NCBI RefSeq assembly: GCF_009914755.1 | Contig: NC_060925.1 | From: the human T2T-CHM13v2.0 reference genome, Homo sapiens | DNA: 64,000 nt | Strand: one strand, 5' to 3' | Part shown: positions 57,901 to 64,000 of the stretch, piece after piece | Layout: every line of letters starts with the position of its first letter | How positions within the stretch are numbered: position 1 is the stretch's first letter | Position numbers and translations under genes: made by a program | Notes under the pieces: model-generated | What the model saw: only the letters and a program-made list of their open reading frames with translations | Told to the model about the DNA's origin: nothing | Database searches by the model: none

Positions 57901-60900
57901 CAAATGGAATCAAAAATAACCATCATCAATTGGTATTGAATGGAATTGTCATCAAATGGAATTCAAAGGAATCATCATCAAATGGAACCGAATGGAATCC
58001 TCATTGAATGGAAATGAAAGGGGTCATCATCTAATGGAATCGCATGGAATCATCATCAAATGGAATCGAATGGAATCATCATCAAATGGAATCTAATGGA
58101 ATCATTGAACAGAATTGAATGGAATCGTCATCGAATGAATTGAATGCAATCATCGAATGGTCTCGAATGGAATCATCTTCTAATGGAAAGGAATGGAATC
58201 ATCGCATAGAATCGAATGGAATTATCATCGAATGGAATCGAATGGTATCAACACCAAACGGAAAAAAACGGAATTATCGAATGGAATCGAAGAGAATCTT
58301 CGAACGGACCCGAATGGAATAATCTAATGGAATGGAATGGAATAATCCATGGACTCGAATGCAATCATCACCGAATGGAATCGAATGGAATCATCGAATG
58401 GACTCGAATGGAATAATCATTGAACGGAATCGATTGGAATCATCATCGGATGGAAACGAATGGAATCATCATCGAATGGAAATGAAAGGAGTCATCATCT
58501 AATGGAATTGCATGGAATCATCATAAAATGGAATCGAATGGAATCAACATCAAATGGAATCAAATGGAATCATTGAACGGAATTGAATGGAATCGTCATC
58601 GAATGAATTGACTGCAATCATCCAATGGTCTCGAATGGAATCATCTTCAAATGGAATGGAATGGAATCATCGCATAGAATCGAATGGAATTATCATCGAA
58701 TGGAATCGAATGGAATCAACATCCAACGGAAAAAAACGGAATTATCGAATGGAATCGAAGAGAATCATCGAATGGACCCGAATGGAATCATGTAATGGAA
58801 TGGAATGGAATAATCCATGGACTCGAATGCAATCATCATCGAATGGAATCGAATGGAATCATCGAATGGACTCGTATGGAATAATCATTGAACGGAATCG
58901 AATGGAATCATCATCGGATGGAAATGAATGGAATCATCATCGAATGGAATCGAATAGAATTATGGAATGAAATCCAGTGTGATCATCATCGAATGGACCC
59001 GAATGGAATCATCATCCAACGGAAGCTAATGGAATCAACATCGAATGAATCAAATGGAAACACCATCGAATTGAAACGAATGGAATTACCATGAAATTGA
59101 AATGGATGGACTCATCATCGAATGGATTAATGGAATCATCGAATAAAATTGATTGAAATCATCATCGAATGGAATCGAATGGTATCATTGAATGGAATCG
59201 AATGGAATCATCATCAGATGGAAATGAATGGAATCGTCATAGAATGGAATCGAATGGATTCATTGAATGGAATCAGATGGAATCATCGAATGGACTGGAA
59301 TGGAATCATTGAATGGACTCGAAAGGGATCATGATTGAATGGAATTGAATGGAATCATCGAATGGTCTCGATTGGAATCATTATCAAATGGAATCGAATG
59401 GAATCACCGAATAGAATCGAATGGAACAATCATCGAATGGACTCAAATGGAATTATCCTCAAATGGAATCGAATGGAATTATCGAATGCAATCGAATGGA
59501 ATTATCGAATGCAATCGAATAGAATCATCGAATGGACTCGAATGGAATCATCGAATGGAATGGAATGGAACAGTCAATGAACTCGAATGGAATCATCATT
59601 GAATGGAATCGAATGGAATCATCGAGTGGAATCGAATGGAATTATGATCAAATGGAATCGAATGTAATCATCATCAAATGGAATCAAAAATAACCATCAT
59701 CAATTGGTATTGAATGGAATTGTCATCAAATGGAATTCAAAGGAATCATCATCAAATGGAACCGAATGGAATCCTCATTGAATGGAAATGAAAGGGGTCA
59801 TCATCTAATGGAATCGCATGGAATCATCATCAAATGGAATCGAATGGAATCATCATCAAATGGAATCTAATGGAATCATTGAACAGAATTGAATGGAATC
59901 GTCATCGAATGAATTGAATGCAATCATCGAATGGTCTCGAATGGAATCATCTTCTAATGGAAAGGAATGGAATCATCGCATAGAATCGAATGGAATTATC
60001 ATCGAATGGAATCGAATGGTATCAACACCAAACGGAAAAAAACGGAATTATCAAATGGAATCGAAGAGAATCTTCGAACGGACCCGAATGGAATCATCTA
60101 ATGGAATGGAATGGAATAATCCATGGACTCGAATGCAATCATCATCGAATGGAATCGAATGGAATCATCGAATGGACTCGAATGGAATAATCATTGAACG
60201 GAATCGAATGGAATCATCATCGGATGGAAACGAATGGAATCATCATCGAATGGAAATGAAAGGAGTCATCATCTAATGGAATTGCATGGAATCATCATAA
60301 AATGGAATCGAATGGAATCAACATCAAATGGAATCAAATGGAATCATTGAACGGAATTGAATGGAATCGTCATCGAATGAATTGACTGCAATCATCCAAT
60401 GGTCTCGAATGTAATCATCTTCAAATGGAATGGAATGGAATCATCGCATAGAATCGAATGGAATTATCATCGAATGGAATCGAATGGAATCAACATCAAA
60501 CGGAAAAAAACGGAATTATCGAATGGAATCGAAGAGAATCATCGAATGGACCCGAATGGAATCATCTAATGGAATGGAATGGAATAATCCATGGACTCGA
60601 ATGCAATCATCATCGAATGGAATCGAATGGAATCATCGAATGGACTCGAATGGAATAATCATTGAACGGAATCGAATGGAATCATCATCGGATGGAAATG
60701 AATGGAATCATCATCGAATGGAATCGAATAGAATTATGGAATGAAATCCAGTGTGATCATCATCGAATGGACCCGAATGGAATCATCATCCAACGGAAGC
60801 TAATGGAATCAACATCGAATGAATCAAATGGAAACACCATCGAATTGAAACGAATGGAATTATCATGAAATTGAAATGGATGGACTCATCATCGAATGGA

Positions 60901-62640
60901 TTCGAATGGAATCATCGAATAAAATTGATTGAAATCATCATCGAATGGAATCGAATGGTATCATTGAATGGAATCGAATGGAATCATCATCAGATGGAAA
61001 TGAATGGAATCGTCATAGAATGGAATCGAATGGATTCATTGAATGGAATCAGATGGAATCATCGAATGGACTGGAATGGAATCATTGAATGGACTCGAAA
61101 GGGATCATTATTGAATGGAATTGAATGGAATCATCGAATGGTCTCGATTGGAATCATTATCAAATGGAATCGAATGGAATCACCGAATAGAATCGAATGG
61201 AACAATCATCGAATGGACTCAAATGGAATTATCCTCCAATGGAATGGAATGGAATTATCGAATGCAATCGAATGGAATTATCGAATGCAATCGAATAGAA
61301 TCATCGAATGGACTCGAATGGAATCATCGAATGGAATGGAATGGAACAGTCAATGAACTCGAATGGAATCATCATTGAATGGAATCGAATGGAATCATCG
61401 AGTGGAATCGAATGGAATTATGATCAAATGGAATCGAATGTAATCATCATCAAATGGAATCAAAAATAACCATCATCAATTGGTATTGAATGGAATTGTC
61501 ATCAAATGGAATTCAAAGGAATCATCATCAAATGGAACCGAATGGAATCCTCATTGAATGGAAATGAAAGGGGTCATCATCTAATGGAATCGCATGGAAT
61601 CATCATCAAATGGAATCGAATGGAATCACCATCAAATGGAATCTAATGGAATCATTGAACAGAATTGAATGGAATCGTCATCGAATGAATTGAATGCAAT
61701 CATCGAATGGTCTCGAATGGATTCATCTTCTAATGGAAAGGAATGGAATCATCGCATAGAATCGAATGGAATTATCATCGAATGGAATCGAATGGTATCA
61801 ACACCAAACGGAAAAAAACGGAATTATCGAATGGAATCGAAGAGAATCTTCGAACGGACCCTAATGGAATCATCTAATGGAATGGAATGGAATAATCCAT
61901 GGACTCGAATGCAATCATCATCGAATGGAATCGAATGGAATCATCGAATGGACTCGAATGGAATAATCATTGAACGGAATCGATTGGAATCATCATCGGA
62001 TGGAAACGAATGGAATCATCATCGAATGGAAATGAAAGGAGTCATCATCTAATGGAATTGCATGGAATCATCATAAAATGGAATCGAATGGAATCAACAT
62101 CAAATGGAATCAAATGGAATCATTGAACGGAATTGAATGGAATCGTCATCGAATGAATTGACTGCAATCATCCAATGGTCTCGAATGGAATCATCTTCAA
62201 ATGGAATGGAATGGAATCATCGCATAGAATCGAATGGAATTATCATCGAATGGAATCGAAGGGAATCAACATCCAACGGAAAAAAACGGAATTATCGAAT
62301 GGAATCGAAGAGAATCATCGAATGGACCCGAATGGAATCATGTAATGGAATGGAATGGAATAATCCATGGACTCGAATGCAATCATCATCGAATGGAATC
62401 GAATGGAATCATCGAATGGACTCGAATGGAATAATCATTGAACGGAATCGAATGGAATCATCATCGGATGGAAATGAATGGAATCATCATCGAATGGAAT
62501 CGAATATAATTATGGAATGAAATCCAGTGTGATCATCATCGAATGGACCCGAATGGAATCATCATCCAACGGAAGCTAATGGAATCAACATCGAATGAAT
62601 CAAATGGAAACACCATCGAATTGAAACGAATGGAATTATC
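51991..62640 (+). repeat. Six consecutive near-canonical units (1772, 1776, 1776, 1776, 1774, 1776)
   Basis: Landmark spacing. The deviations are explained by a 4-bp deletion (ggtctcggaatc, ~53303) and a 2-bp CG deletion (ggattaatgg, ~59124). Confidence 0.92.
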
Positions 62641-63284
62641 ATGAAATTGAAATGGATGGACTCATCATCGAATGGATTCGAATGGAATCATCGAATAAAA
62701 TTGATTGAAATCATCATCGAATGGAATCGAATGGTATCATTGAATGGAATCGAATGGAATCATCATCAGATGGAAATGAATGGAATCGTCATAGAATGGA
62801 ATCGAATGGATTCATTGAATGGAATCAGATGGAATCATCGAATGGACTGGAATGGAATCATTGAATGGACTCGATAGGGATCATTATTGAATGGAATTGA
62901 ATGGAATCATCGAATGGTCTCGATTGGAATCATTATCAAATGGAATCGAATGGAATCACCGAATAGAATCGAATGGAACAATCATCGAATGGACTCAAAT
63001 GGAATTATCCTCAAATGGAATCGAATGGAATTATCGAATGCAATCGAATGGAATTATCGAATGCAATCGAATAGAATCATCGAATGGACTCGAATGGAAT
63101 CATCGAATAGAATGGAATAGAACAGTCAATGAACTCGAATGGAATCATCATTGAATGGAATCGAATGGAATCATCGAGTGGAATCGAATGGAATTATGAT
63201 CAAATGGAATCGAATGTAATCATCATCAAATGGAATCAAAAATAACCATCATCAATTGGTATTGAATGGAATTGTCATCAAATG

Positions 63285-63879
63285 GAATTCAAAGGAATCA
63301 TCATCAAATGGAACCGAATGGAATCCTCATTGAATGGAAATGAAAGGGGTCATCATCTAATGGAATCGCATGGAATCATCATAAAATGGAATCGAATGGA
63401 ATCAACATCAAATGGAATCAAATGGAATCATTGAACGGAATTGAATGGAATCGTCATCGAATGAATTGGATGCAATCATCGAATGGTCTCGAATGGAATC
63501 TTCTTCAAATGGAATGGAATGGAATCATCGCATAGAATCGAATGGAATTATCATCGAATGGAATCGAATGGAATCAACATCAAACGGAAAAAAACGGAAT
63601 TATCGAATGGAATCGAAGAGAATCATCGAATGGACCCGAATGGAATCATCTAATGGAATGGAATGGAATAATCCATGGACTCGAATGCAATCATCATCGA
63701 ATGGAATCGAATGGAATCATCGAATGAACTCGAATGGAATCATCATTGAATGGAATCGAATGGAATCATCGAGTGGAATCGAATGGAATTATGATCAAAT
63801 GGAATCGAATGTAATCATCATCAAATGGAATCAAAAATAACCATCATCAATTGGTATTCAATGGAATTGTCATCAAATG
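63285..63879 (+). repeat. 595-bp truncated unit (1308-bp unit minus 713 bp)
   Basis: The conserved EcoRI sites at 63285 and 63880 are only 595 bp apart. The ccagtgtgat...ggaacagtc segment is missing. Confidence 0.88.
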
Positions 63880-64000
63880 GAATTCAAAGGAATCATCATC
63901 AAATGGAACCGAATGGAATCCTCATTGAATGGAAATGAAAGGGGTCATCATCTAATGGAATCACATGGAATCATCATCAAATGGAATCGAATGGAATCTT

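Larger units (their letters stand above)
1577..63445 (+). repeat. 1776-bp repeat unit family (1.77-kb EcoRI HSat2, probably chr1q12 HSat2A2/D1Z1 type)
   Basis: Landmark atgaaattgaaatggatggac at 1577, 3353, 4661, 6858, 8660, 10436, 11744, 13520, 15743, 17545, 19321, 20629, 22400, 24623, 26399, 27708, 29017, 31236, 33431, 35181, 37552, 39920, 41666, 43442, 45218, 46994, 48302, 50225, 51991, 53763, 55539, 57315, 59091, 60865 and 62641; modal spacing 1776. A conserved EcoRI site (aatggaattcaaagg) occurs once per unit, e.g. 445 and 2221, 1776 apart. The chromosome assignment rests on established knowledge of the 1.77-kb EcoRI repeat, not on an alignment. Confidence 0.9.
1..64000 (+). repeat. Human Satellite II (HSat2/HSATII) tandem array, GGAAT-rich strand on +
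   Basis: Continuous degenerate pentamer satellite built from gaatggaatc, tcgaatggaat and (atc)1-2 in ~23/26-bp blocks, e.g. catcatcgaatggaatcgaatggaat. It is TCGA-rich and perfect (GGAAT)n runs never exceed about 4 copies, which fits HSat2 rather than HSat3. No interruption or strand switch seen. Confidence 0.98.

Noticed and set aside
51-63840. Several hundred ORFs of 61-163 aa (MESSSNELNA..., MKLKWMD..., MELNG...)
   Set aside because: They are low-complexity translations of the satellite in overlapping frames and recur with the repeat period. They are freely broken by stops and by 1-, 2-, 4-, 5-, 10-, 23- and 26-bp frameshifting indels between copies. No domain or splice structure is evident.
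1-64000. CRISPR-like array or a novel repeat-spacer system
   Set aside because: There are no unique spacers; everything between repeated motifs is itself satellite. No associated genes or leader are present.
1-64000. HSat3 (e.g. DYZ1 or chr9) assignment
   Set aside because: Long perfect (GGAAT)n tracts are absent, and the sequence is dominated by TCGAAT and ATCATC blocks typical of HSat2. The 3550-bp spacing at 57-62 kb is 2x1776-2, not the ~3.6-kb DYZ1 unit.
1-64000. Embedded Alu/L1/ERV insertion, inversion or unique island
   Set aside because: I saw no non-satellite stretch, poly(A) tail or switch to the CATTC orientation, and every inter-landmark distance is explained by satellite-internal indels. 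Tiny insertions could be missed by eye.

Overview
The whole 64 kb is one uninterrupted, single-orientation human-type Satellite II (HSat2) array of degenerate GGAAT/TCGAAT/ATC motifs. It contains no genes, RNA genes, transposons or unique sequence that I can see, and the listed ORFs are translation artefacts of the satellite. A once-per-unit landmark (atgaaattgaaatggatggac) occurs 35 times (1577 to 62641) with a modal spacing of 1776 bp, and each unit carries one conserved EcoRI site. This matches the 1.77-kb HSat2 of human chr1q12 (pUC1.77/D1Z1, HSat2A2); the chromosome is inferred. Each unit is an ~840-bp single-copy part plus 1-3 copies of a ~468-bp sub-repeat, giving 1308, 1776 and ~2200-bp units. 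The window has three domains: (i) 1-25.1 kb, a young higher-order repeat (8885, 8880 and a 7083-bp variant); (ii) ~25-40 kb, a heterogeneous zone with a 1309-bp local triplication, a 147-bp duplication and a 713-bp deletion; (iii) ~40-64 kb, mostly canonical 1776-bp units with dispersed relatives of earlier haplotypes. I found no new gene system. The points of interest are the structural variants and the recombination history of the array. All spacings were counted by hand and should be confirmed with a dot-plot.
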